A stretch of 64,000 nt of DNA, taken from assembly GCF_006345805.1 (NCBI RefSeq), contig NC_043024.1, forward strand, positions 1,550,001 through 1,614,000. Reading direction: 5' to 3'. Position numbers and translations under genes: made by a program. Source of the stretch: Octopus sinensis (taxonomy: Eukaryota). The notes beneath the pieces were generated by a model. That model saw only the letters and a list, made by a program, of their open reading frames with translations, was not told where the DNA came from and ran no database searches. Shown here one piece after another: positions 38,455 through 50,180 of this stretch. Positions within the stretch are counted from its first letter, which is position 1. Each line of letters begins with the position of its first letter.

Positions 38455-38585
38455 GGTAGACCCAGGAAGACATGGGACTAGGTGGTGAAGCATGATCTTC
38501 AGATGTTGAATCTCACAGAGGCGATGGACAAGCAATTTGCTTTGCTTGAGAAGACATATGAAATGGTGATCGTGGCCAGTGCTGG
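38455..38585 (+). mobile_element. RTE-type LINE tail fragment
   Basis: CRRGRPRKTWD*VVKHDLQMLNL. A similar fragment lies near 63085-63200 (PKKTWAKQMEEEDLKS). Confidence 0.6.
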
Positions 38586-39017
38586 TGACACCCACTACAC
38601 TTTTTGGAGTGGTTGGAGTTAGGAAGGGCATCCAGCCATAGAAATCAAGCCAAAATCGAACTGGAGCCTGGTAGAGCTCTCTGGCTTACCAGTTTCGGTC
38701 AAACCATTTGATCCATGCCAGCATGGAAAATGGACACTGAATGATGATGATGATGATGTGGTTAACAGATTGAGAGAAATAGGATTTCAGTTTCCTTGTG
38801 ACATGCTTTACTATGAGATAGAGGTGGAAACGATGAGCTTGTGTTGTTTATTAGTCCCAGGGGGTGGGGTGTGAATACTAGCCACGGTCTGTTCAACACC
38901 ATGGCCCCTGCTACACTGTTTTCTCTGTCTTTCTTTAATCTATTTGGTATTTGCAGCCTCTTGTGAAATGTTGCTTCATTGAGAGTCTTATTTTTTTTCC
39001 CTCCTGGTTTCTTTCAG

Positions 39018-39153
39018 CTGTTTTGAGACCAGCAAAGGTGTCTACAGTCATGTTTACAGTGCACATGTCATGGCAGAGTCTGATGGAGTTTGTAAATGGG
39101 AAGGCTGTGAAAAATTGGAAAGGAAAAAATGGTCTTTGGTCACACACATACAG
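39018..39153 (+). CDS. ARID2: ARID2 exon, C2H2-type zinc fingers
   Basis: tttcag|C...CAG|gtcagt. Encodes RCFETSKGVYSHVYSAH...CKWEGCEKLERKKWSLVTHIQ (compare [21 protein letters not shown]). 136 nt, phase 2 to 0. Confidence 0.93.
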
Positions 39154-40828
39154 GTCAGTACTTTTCACTCGGTTACATCCTTTGTTCCCTATCAAGCATA
39201 GGCCATTGACCATTTTCCTCCATTGTTCCTGATCCAGGTTCCATTGGTTTTGAATTGTCACTGAAGCATGTGTAACTTCACTTTTTTTCCAGATGGGAGT
39301 GTTGGTCCGTATTAAGTCTGGCCTCTATCCTTTGACCCATCCAGTGTGGGAGGACCTACCAGGGTCATTGAGGCACAAAGTCGCCATATTGCTACATGGA
39401 CTGGGATTTTGAGGTTACACTGGCTAACCTTAGGCATTTAAATCAGCCATATCTGGCCCAAATATTTTGCCTGTTTTATAATTAAAGTGGCCAGATTTGG
39501 CCTCTCACACATACCCTAAATTGTCATTCAGAAAATAAACACATCATCAAAATCTCAAAGCTACACAGTTAATAATGCATGATTAATTCAGAAGATAAGC
39601 CTCACACTTGACAGCATAAAGTGAATATGAATGGGTTAAGAAGAGATCAATAATGTTACATTTTTGCAAAAGCTTCAACTTAAGATCTAAAGTTTAACTG
39701 TTTCATTTCGTTGAAATACACTGACCCTGTTTTGCTGTCAGGTAAGTGATGATACAACAGGTGTGTCCCATAAGACCTGATCTGCATATTGTTTTCTTTT
39801 GCTTTGTCATCTCTTTGGCTGCCTTCGCAACCAAACACATTCCAATGTCTGTTTAAGAGATAAATAAGATGCTATTTGCCTTGTGAGTGAATTTGATAGA
39901 TGGAAACTGAAATGAAGGCCATTATGTGTGTGTATGTGTGTATGCACACACACTTGGCAGGGTTGGAGTTTCTTTACACCCAAATAACTTAGCGGTTCAG
40001 CAAAAAAGGGCTAATAGAATAAATACCAGGCTTGAAAAAAAATAAGTTGCTGGGGTCGGTTCATTCGGCTAGAATCATTCAAGGCAGTGCCCCAGCATGG
40101 CTGCAGTCAAGTGACTGAATCAAGTAAAAGATAAAAGATGAACAATGTATTTCAACAGAAATATGGTAATGAAAGGGTTAAGGAGTTGCTCTTGTACAAT
40201 TGTTGGGCTTTGCTTTGGGCCCCAATGAGGGAGACTTTGGTCAATTGTGTTCAGCCATAATGTCCCCTTCTTATTTAAATTTTTTTTTTGTTTTCTCTGG
40301 CACAGTTTATTCAGAGGCATTAAGAAGATTTAGCTGCTATTTATAGAAGGTCTACCAACTACATAGAGGTTTCCTTATGTTTTATCGTTTGCTTCTCTTA
40401 GTCCTTGGTCTGCAGCCATGCTGGAGCACTGCCTTGAAGGGTCAGGTCAAACAAATCAACTCCACTACTTAAAGTATGATACTCATTCTATCAGTCTCTC
40501 TTTGCTGAACACTAAGCTGTGGGGATGTAAACAAACCAACACTGGTTTTCAGACACATGCTCACAATGGGCTTCCACATAGTTTCCGTCGGCCAAATCCA
40601 CTGACGGCCCGTAGTAGCAGATACTTGCCCAAGGTGTCGCACTGAGGTATGGAACCCAAAACCATGTGGTTGCAAAGAAGGTTTCTTAACTACACAGACA
40701 TGCCTGTACTTCTCAAATGTTCTGAAGACCCCTTAATTCAGATGCAGGGTAGAATTGGACCCTACCCAACATGTTGACTGTATATATCTTGACCTACTGT
40801 GTAGATGTTTGTGTGTATTAAGGTATCA

Positions 40829-41052
40829 AGGCGGTGAGCTGGCAGAACCGTTATGATGCTGGGCGAAATGCTTAGCGGTATTTCGTCTGCTGTTACATTC
40901 TGAGTTCAAATTCCGCCAAGGTTGATTTTGCCATTCATCCTTTTGGGGTCGCTAAATTAAGTACCAGTTACGCACTGGGGTCGATATAATCGACTTAATC
41001 CCTTTGTTTGTCCTCTCTGTGTTTAGCCCCTTGTGGGTAGTAAAGAAAAAGG
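40829..41052 (+). mobile_element. SINE family B example
   Basis: GGCGGTGAGCTGGCAGAA...TCTGAGTTCAAATTCCGCC...CATCCTTTTGGGGTCG...CCCCTTGTGGGTAGTAAAGAAA. Other copies near 1-300(-), 300-540, 2900-3120(-), 7680-7915, 35465-35700, 50830-51075, 57330-57570(-), 62820-62935(-). Confidence 0.8.
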
Positions 41053-41156
41053 TATCAAGTCCTGAACACTTTCTCTCTTCCACTCTCTTAACTTTGCTTT
41101 ATTTGAGATTCTTCTAAATGGCGTTGTCTTTTCTTTTTTCTTTTTTCGTCTTGCAG

Positions 41157-41501
41157 GATCAGCATTGCTCTGAAGCAGTTCTGCGAGCTGCAGCCCAGCG
41201 GCGAATCCAGTCGGCTCAGATGAATATGCCAGGTGCAGTAGCACATGCAGCGCCACCTACCCAATCGCAACCTCCTCTTCTTCCCCCTCTTCAGGTGAGC
41301 CCTGCTGCTGCTGCTTCTGTCAGTGCACCATGTGTTTCTACCGCAGGCAGTGGTGTGAGTGGTGTTGTTGTTGGAAGCGGCGGCGTGTCGGCGGCTGCTG
41401 CTGCTGCTGCTCCTGGAACTCCTAATCTCGTCTATCCTCCTGACGCTGCCATCCAAGCTATTAGACGGTTCTCGGCAAGGCCACCTTTCCCTGAGTTAAT
41501 G
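41157..41501 (+). CDS. ARID2: ARID2 exon (completes finger 2; Ala/Pro-rich linker)
   Basis: ttgcag|GATCAGCATTGC...ATG|gtgagt. Encodes DQHCSEAVLRAAAQRR...DAAIQAIRRFSARPPFPELM. 345 nt, phase 0 to 0. Confidence 0.92.
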
Positions 41502-44500
41502 GTGAGTTTTCAATCACTGCTGATGACTTGCGGTTATTGAGAACATCATTCACCTAAGCTATGTTAACCACATCAAACTAGCATTTTGGCAGCGCAAAAA
41601 AAAAAGTTTTTAAAATATCAACAAATATTGCATGTAAAAAAAAGAGAAAAAAAAGACCCATTATGTAAATTCTAGTCTAAAATAATAGCAGGGGTGAAAT
41701 ATGTAATGTTATATATGTAACCGATATGAGAGGTGGGGGGGGGGGGCAAGGGTTCAGTTCCGTGTCATGTTACTTTGAAATATGTTTAATTGGTTAATTA
41801 GGTTTCTGGTGGGGGAGGTAAAATAGAAGGAGAATGGAGGGCTGGTGTATGACTGTGAGGTGGGGACTGAATGGTGAAAGGGTCAGAATGTCTGCAAGTG
41901 AATTTGTGGTTCGAATGACTAGTGTTTGGTTAACAGTAATGGTTAGCTAAGGCGTTTGGAGAAAAAAGCTAGGTGAACTTGGGTAGCAGATTGAAAGGGT
42001 AAGAATGTGTTTTCAGAGTTTCTGAATAATGTCTGGTCTTGAACGATCCTCTCCCTCCAGGTACATTTGGCTTTATTGTTATATTTACTCGTTTTCTTGC
42101 CTTTGTAAGATGACAATTAGAAACAACGTGAAGGTGAAAAAGGTATTGAACTAATTTGGGAATTCAGAAACCAGTTTTTGTTCTGTTTTGAAGCTGGACA
42201 CCTTCTTCTACAGGGACTGGTTTAGTTAACTGTCAGGCATAGGTTTGAGATTTTCAGGGCATGTTATCTTCAATGTTACGTCTCTCCCACTACAAAACTC
42301 AAAGCTAAGCACCTCTTCTCTGGCCTCTTTATGGCCAAGGAGACATGTAATTCATAATACGAGTTAGCTTGGCAGTTTTTACATCTATACACGATATCTG
42401 TGTATATATATTTGTGTGTGAATGTGTGTATGAATATATATCCGTATGTAGGTATGTATGCGCAGACCTCTCGAAAGTAAACAGACACCTTTGTGAGAAA
42501 ATAATGTCATTTGGTGCATTTAATTACTTAATCCTGTATTTAGTAGACATACCTTGTGTATAATGCATTAACGAGTTTGAAGCACCAGGTAGCAACTGCA
42601 CCAATAAAAGGGTTAATGTAGGGTGTCTATTTATTGTGTTTATTTATACATACATGCATTTCTCTTATTTGAGAAATGAGTACAGGTTGGTGATATTTGC
42701 ATGGGAATTCAGATACGAAACAAAATGATGTGCATGTGTATATGTGCATAATACACAGGGCCACATGAAATATGCTTCAGGTGATATATGTATCTGTATA
42801 TGCTCTACACACGTCTCATGATGTGTGTTTGTAATTCTCTCGGTATCTTGTCACTTTTTCAGGGTTTTAGCTCAGAATATTGCCATTAAGAGTGTTTTAC
42901 TAATCCTACACCTTTCTCTTTGCATTTTGCGTTCATTAAACTTGCATCCGTAACACTGCTTGACATAATTCAAAGCCATCATCTGTACGACTTCTTCATC
43001 CCATACGTGATGTGTGTGTGTGGGTTGAGTGATAACAAGGGTGAAATTTACTAATATTAACTGTTATTAATTAACATCAGAAATAGAAAGAGGTAATTGT
43101 TGAAACTCGTTTTTGACTTGAAGAAGACGAGTTGTGAATTTATTGCTTGCAATTAATTCAAAACTTGATTTGGAGTTATTTCAAAATCAACTGGGGATAA
43201 ACAAGGAGACCGTCTTCTTTCTTTATTAGTGCCAGGCAGATCGACATATTATCTTGTGATGGATATACTGACTGAAAAATTTGCTGCGAGCATGTGTGTG
43301 TGTATGTATAGATAAAGTATAGTCGTCACTAAAGTGACGGAGGGTGCTAGTGAGCACCAGCATTGCTAGAAATAAGAGTTAAAATAACTCTTAGCCCCAT
43401 GAGAGCACTTTTCCAATGATTGACAAGGGAGACAAGCTCTCTACCCACGGCAATCAAGGTGGAATCATATCACCACTGATTTCAGATCTGATAAGACTGA
43501 CAAGGCGAGTTAAGTTTTTAACCCTCGGTGACTGAGTAATGGGTCACTGTTGTTAGTGCTAAGGTGTGTAATATGGCATATATAGCCTGGCATTTTTGAG
43601 TTAGTTCCCTTCATGTCAGAACTGTCCAATGTCCCTCATTTTTGAACAGTTGAAATATGTTTAGGGCATATTTGATCCTGTAAGAAGGCAGTATTTAGTG
43701 CTAATTTGCCATGGGGAACCTTTCTCACTTTTGGTGATAGTTGTTGAAAAACGCCAACAGTCGTTTGAAGGGACATCCTCTCAGAATGGTGAATGTATTT
43801 CCAGCTCCTTGGCTTGCAACACTGGACACCTATTGACTGAAGTGCAAAAATTCCTCCACGACAAATTAACAGTGAACACGGCCTTTGTACCGGCTAAATA
43901 TGTCCAAATATACTTGAGCTGATCTAAAATTTTTTATTTATTTACATATTCTAGATCTTTCTCTTTGATCATTTAAAGTAAAGGTAAATTTATCTTCTTG
44001 TGTCATGAGTGTTCTAGACTCATAAGGGCCTGTTCCCCAGTTTCATGGAGTATTGATTCCCCACCTGGATAGGACGCCAGTCCATCACTGGATTACTCAT
44101 TTTTGCCTACTGAGTGGACAACTGGTGCAACATAAAATGAAGTGTTTTGCTCAAGAGCACAATGTGTCACCCGGTCCAGGAATGGAAACCACAAACCTTA
44201 CGATCATGAGCCCAACACCCCAAACCATTAATCCATGCACTTCCACATTCTTTGATTGTTTGGTGCGTAGTGGCATGGGGTGGGTCTGTCGTGGATGCTG
44301 TTGGGTTTGCTGTTTCTGTGTGGGAATGTCTTTCTGTGTATATTCAAAATTTCTTTGGAATCAGTTTGTCCACAACTTGATTATTTTAGCCAGACACACA
44401 AAAGGGCATTACCAGACACTATACCCTACGCTTGACTTAGTAATCTAATCCACTGAAATTTGGTTTGCAGTAAAGGGCCTAGTTCAGATGCATCCGTCTC

Positions 44501-45329
44501 TAGATTGTGAAACAGTTTTGTCCAAAGAAGGGGCTCAGGTGTGGCTGTGTGGTTAAGAAGCTTGCTTCCTAGCCACATGATTTCATGTTCGGTCCCACTT
44601 TGTGGCATCTTGGGCACTTGTGGCTTCTACTGTAGTTCTGGAGCGACCAGTGCCTAGTGAATAAAGCAAGTGGATTTCATTACTGGAAACTGAAAGAAGC
44701 TCCTCATATGCATGCGCGTGCGTGCGTGCGTGTGTTACTGTCTCCTTGCCTTGACATCACGTGGTAGTTGTAAATGAGTGTCCCTGTCATACAAGTGGTG
44801 TCTGTCACTTCTAATCTTCTGGGAAAACAGGTTTGATTATGGGGGAGTATTACCTTACTTGGGAACAGGTGAGGTTTGGTGACAGAAAGGGCATCCAGCT
44901 GTAGAAAATCTGCCTTGGCAAATTCCTTCCAACTCCTGCCAGCATAGACAAGTGGACATTAAATGATTGTGGTGATCTAGTTGTTGCTGTTTGTTTTGGT
45001 TTGAATGTGAGACGTGCGAAGCTGAGATCATATCGAAGCGTAGAGACTAGAATGGAGGAAATGGTTTTTCTTGTTAAATAACCTTCTCCTCTTTATTATA
45101 TACACATTGTTATTTGATTTGTGTATTTCTGTGCAATTTATTTTCATATTTGTACCCAGAGAAGTAAAGCCATTTCTTCTAACTGTTGGGGTTCCAGTTA
45201 ATTCAGAAAGATTTTTTTTTGTTGAGCATTGGGGTTTGAAGAGTTGGAGGTTAATGTAAAGGTCATGACAAAGAAGTTCTGGGGGCTCTCTTTTTTTTTC
45301 CTTTTTGTTGATAAAGGGACAATGGTTTA

Positions 45330-45600
45330 ATGGGAGTGAGAAAGAAGCTGAAAAGTAGGTGGATAGTGTGGGGGGTTTTGGGTTTGGTGAGGTGTAGTAG
45401 TCAGTGGTTGTTGAAGGGCAGAGGGTGTGGTTGCAGTTGCTGTACCAAGGGACTCAGAGCAAGGGCACAGCGTATCACTAGCGGAAGATTTGTAGGTTTA
45501 GGGATCAGGTGGATGGCTTTGTTCTGCGTGTGGTCTTGGATGTCAGTGATTGGAAGGAGGTGCATCGTTTCAGGGATCTGATGAGAACTACAGACTCTAT
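45330..45600 (-). mobile_element. Possible degenerate LINE ORF 3' fragment
   Basis: Minus frame ETMHLLPITDIQDHTQNKAIHLIPKPTNLPLV, loosely LINE-like. Purine-rich on the plus strand, no splice context. Confidence 0.25.
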
Positions 45601-48600
45601 ATAGTGGTGGGGGGACGGAGGGGCAGGATGGGGGCATATTTTAGGGGCCTTGTTAGAGTGCCAACAGTTGCTCAGGACTGAAATTTATGTCGGCTCCAAA
45701 ACGGAAGCCCAAGAATTTTTTCTGTCTGTGTGTCGGAGTGCTTGTTGTGTCTGTGTATATTTGCATCTTATAACCAAAATGTAACCTCAAAGATCTGAGA
45801 CTTAATGCTTCTAGTTAGTTGCTTATTGATGTCGTCCAATATCACGTACAAAATATGTTCGTCTGTTTATATAATTAGATGCTCTGATATTATTGACAGA
45901 TTTAAACCATTTTGAAGCATGTTACATCTCTCTCTCTTACAGCAGAGACTTGGTTTGTTTTTTGTTTTTGTTTTTTGTCTAGACCCTTGGCATGATGTGT
46001 TTGTTTACTTATTTCTGTTTTTTTACATTTCTTTCTGTGCTATAATGACATGACTTACTCAACTATTGATGTTTTATTTTAATTCAAATTTTCTTTTTTT
46101 TTTGTCTGTTCATGCATATAATGATGTCTTCCCTTTTTTTTTCCACCCCTTCTATTTTGCAAAGGGATCTTTTTTTTTTTTTTGCATGTTTGATTTTATT
46201 AAATTTTTTCTTTATTTTTTCCCCCGCCCTTCATGTTGGAATACTAAACAAAAGTACAGGACAAAAAAATGTTTCTTTGTAACCTCGGCTCGACTTGGAT
46301 CAGGTTATCTCAGTCCACCTGTTCGTTACAGCTATTAAGGTTAATGATCTTGTTTGTTGTTCAGTTAGAACGATCATTTAGTCAATGGGCTTGCAATTTT
46401 TGGAAGGGCATCCAGCCGTAGAAACACTGCCAGATCTGACTGGGCCTGATGAAGCCTTCTGGCTTCACAGACCCCAGTTGAACCGTCCAACCCATGCTAG
46501 CATGGAAAACGGACGCTAAACGATGATGATGATGAAAACAAGAGAAGACGAAAAAATATTCCTCATTCCAAATGACATCAAATTGGGCAAATAACAAAAA
46601 AAAGGACAAACTTTGAATGAAGTTGGGTGATACTAATTGTTGTTAACCTTACAAGATCTTCGTTAAGTTTTTTTCCATAGGTTTGTCAGTTCATACATTT
46701 GTGAAACCCTGCTTGTCCCATCTCCATCTGCTAATCTGGCTGCTACATTCAGCCACATGTCTGCTCGAGACTGCTCTAAGAGTTTCTTCAAACACTCTTT
46801 GTAAAGATGTCTATCGATTCTGCATCTTTTTTCTCACCATTTATCGTGGCACCATATTGAAGTCTCTGGTTTTATTTGGGCAGAAGATAAATATTGAAAT
46901 AACAATTATTTCATCTGAATTGCAGATCAGAGTTTAGAAATTGAACAGGAAACAGTGAGCTTCACTTCATTGTCATCAGTTTTATATATACACTCAGACA
47001 TATAGCAAGAAGATGGAACGAACAGAATTTAATCACAAATCACAACAATTGTTTCTGTGCACTGGCAACAGTTGTTAGTTGAGTTTTCCATCTCATTCTG
47101 TTTTGAAAATATTATATAAATATGAAGTTATTATCCAGATGATATCACTGTATCGATCAGACTGTCAAATGTTGCTACACACTGCTTGTCACAGTGCTTT
47201 TGAATGATGCCTCCCCTCTGGCTGAGCAGACAGGCCAACAGTTTTCCCTGAACATTGTACAAGTCTGTCTGTCTGTCACGGGGTCACCCATTTACCTGTA
47301 TACATTCTTTAGTTGCTAGATCTTGAAAAAGATCTTTGTTATAGCTTATAATGTCTTCTTGAGATATCAATCAATGTAGTTTATGACCACCAGCTTATTT
47401 ATTTATTGTTTTTTGGGGGTTTTTTTCTTGCTAAACCTGAGGAGTCGCATTGTCTCTAAGTCAGTATGAGGCGCTGTGGGACATTGTATAAATTTGGACC
47501 TTTGAGTATTACTGGTATCGTGTCTTCAGCAACAAAAACCAGAATGTAAATCAGAAAATACAAGCATGCATCTTAGATCTTCTGAATGCCTCTAATTCAG
47601 TCCAACAACCCCCAAGGGGTTAAGGGACTTGTCAGCCCACCCCCAATGCTACTCACAGTCATGTTATTAGGTATTCGGTTACTTCTTTGATCCAGTGTGT
47701 TTTCCTCTGAATTCTTGTTCCTGTAGAATGGCTAGAATTAAACGAGGAGATCTTGTGGATCTTTTGTCAGCCCAGCCTTTTAGTATTCAGGTTTTTCCTT
47801 TAGATGTGACCCTTGTTCATTCACCTTGTTCTTAATTAATCATGCATTATCTCATAGCTTCGATATTTTGATGAGGCAGTTGTTTGTTTTTAGAATGACA
47901 TTGTAGGGTAGGTGTGAGAAGCCAGATCTGGCTGGTTTGAGTTATAAAACAAGGAAGAATACTCGGGCCAGATCTGGCTGGTTTAAATGATAAAGGGATA
48001 AATATTTTGCTTCTGGTTCACTCTGTTACGATTAAAATGGTGATTAGGTTTCCTTTTATTTTATTTTCCATCATTATTTAGCTCCCTTGGCCCATCAAGT
48101 GGAGGCACATCGCTCAGTGGTTAGGATGTTGGATTCGTGACCGTAAGATTGTGGTTTCGATTCCCGGACTGGGTGATCCATTGTGTTGTTGAGCAAAACC
48201 ACTTTGTTTCACGTTGCTCCAGTCCACTCAGCTGGTTAAAAGGAGTTTAGCCTGGAGAGGGATAGGCTCCACCAGGCTTTCTTGCCCTACCTGTGCTGCA
48301 TAACTGCAGTGCCCCAACAACCATCAAGGGGTTAAGGGACTTGTCAGCCCACCACCAAGAATTGATCAGAGACCTTCCAGCTGTGACTCCCCTACCCACT
48401 ATATTCTGTCTTCTTATTTATATGGTAAGGTGTTATGTTTTGGAATAATGGCTGCTATTTTTAGCACAAAAGGTCCCTCGTTGGTTCAAACTTATTGTTA
48501 ACTTTGTTGTTTATTGGAACCATGGATGGCTTCAAGTTTTTTTCTTGGAGTTTTTTTTTTTATCCTGTTGGACTTATCTTTGTCTCAAATATTTCACTTC

Positions 48601-49517
48601 GTGGATGTGTGATGTCCAGCAAGTCTTGATATTTTCAAGGTGATGTTTTGTCCTTCATCCTTGTTTCGTAGCTATAGCAACAAAGCCGAAGTTCACAACA
48701 CTCTGGTCTGCTCTATCTGTTAGAACTTTGTACAGGCTATTGTTTTGTTTTTGTTTCTTTTTTTCTCTGTCTTTTTTACTGTTGCCTTAGAGGAGAAACT
48801 ACATCAACAGCCACGATGTTCCACAGGGTCCCTGAGGCTGGTTGGTTGGTTGGTTGGTGGGAGTAGAGGAAGAAACCAGAATTGCTGGGTCGCTGCTGCA
48901 GAAGGATGGAATAAATCAGGATATCAAGTTATCGAGATTCTGGTTCACATGTTAACAGTGGACCCTGTTGAAGGTACCCAAAGATGGTGTCATCGTCTCA
49001 AAGATGACAGTGAATTCAGTCTGTTGCCGAAAAAATAAAATCTCCCCTTGCAGAATAACAGGCTTCTGCACACTTTCCATTGACCCAAGTTTCACTTAGA
49101 AGGCTTGGCCCAATGGAAGAAATAGCATAAGCACATTGAGATTGAACCCAGGACCTTGCGAATGCAATCTGAACCCGGTAACCATAGTGTTGATACACCT
49201 TCAACAAGTGTCACTGGTCAAAAATGTTAGAATCCTTATCAAATAAGTGGATGGTTTTGTCTGTTTGCAGTTGCTGGTCTAGAATTGGTTGTCTTGTTCT
49301 CATTCCTGTTTTTCAAATATCTTCTGAGTAACCCCTGTCCTTAACGGTCCCTTTGATCTGGCTCTTTGAAAAAAAAGAGAATTCCTCTTGTGTTTTTGCT
49401 GGCACCCAAATCTGCAACCACCCGCCCATTCTCATTGCGAGTCTCACCTCGTTAGTCTTAAATCAAAGTTGATGACTTTGCGCCGTCTCTCACTCCTGGC
49501 TGGATCTTCTCTTGTAG

Positions 49518-49634
49518 CCCACAAATTTTGTGCCACACCCAATCCATCATTACCCGCGATACGATTTCAAAGCGAGAAACCCAGACTTTGTTTACCCTCC
49601 GATGCAGTTCAACATTGTTAAGCCGATGCTCCAG
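49518..49634 (+). CDS. ARID2: Candidate alternative cassette exon of ARID2 (39 aa)
   Basis: tcttctcttgtag|CCC...CAG|gtgagt. 117 nt, phase 0-0, no stop. Encodes PTNFVPHPIHHYPRYDFKARNPDFVYPPMQFNIVKPMLQ. No transcript evidence available. Confidence 0.6.
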
Positions 49635-49638
49635 GTGA

Positions 49639-49640
<2 letters not shown>

Positions 49641-49701
<61 letters not shown>

Positions 49702-49742
49702 GCCCATGCCATTGCCAGCTCTCATCTCACCAGGATCTTTTC

Positions 49743-49798
<56 letters not shown>

Positions 49799-49839
49799 GC
49801 CCATGCCATTGCCAGCTCTCATCTCACCAGGATCTTTTC

Positions 49840-49870
<31 letters not shown>
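49641..49870. repeat. (CT)n tracts with a duplicated 51-nt spacer, period 97
   Basis: Identical GCAAGCCCATGCCATTGCC...TCCTCATT at 49698-49748 and 49795-49845. Confidence 0.9.
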
Positions 49871-49876
<6 letters not shown>

Positions 49877-50162
49877 CCTCTCACTCACCAAACCAAGCCC
49901 CTCCCCCCACCTCCTTATTCTTTACTTGGCACTCATCTCGTCTGCACTTCATCTCATCATTTATCTAAGCTGAGGGGATGTGAGGGGGCGGGGACGGATA
50001 TATAATATCCCAAGGGTGAGTTCGGTGGGGTGGTGGAGGTGGTGGTGGTGGTAGACAACGCACTTTAAGTCTTCTTATCTGAAACTCTTTTCTTCTCTTT
50101 TTTTTTTTTCCTTTGTTATTTTCCCTCCACTTTTGTCATTCATTTCTGACTGATGTTTTCAG

Positions 50163-50180
50163 ATCTTTTCTCTTCACCGT
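50163..50180 (+). CDS. ARID2: Candidate 18-nt microexon of ARID2 (IFSLHR)
   Basis: Long pyrimidine tract, ctgac branch-like motif, ttttcag|ATCTTTTCTCTTCACCGT|gtgagt. Phase 0-0. TGCATG at 50322, 50444 and 50517. Confidence 0.45.

Noticed and set aside
40723-40770. CTGAAGA followed by CCC...GGG
   Set aside because: No GAAAN or cleavage triplet in the right geometry.
45941-45956. Possible microexon cttacag|CAGAGACTTG|gtttgt
   Set aside because: 10 or 7 nt (frameshifting) with a weak donor.
47586-48356. Two copies of a 30-nt motif AAGGGGTTAAGGGACTTGTCAGCCCACC
   Set aside because: Short, with no structure or coding context. Most likely fragments of an unrecognised dispersed repeat.
49530-50005. 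147-aa and 99-aa ORFs as independent genes
   Set aside because: Beyond 49634 they read through (CT)n as SLSLSL. Only the spliced 117-nt part is credible.
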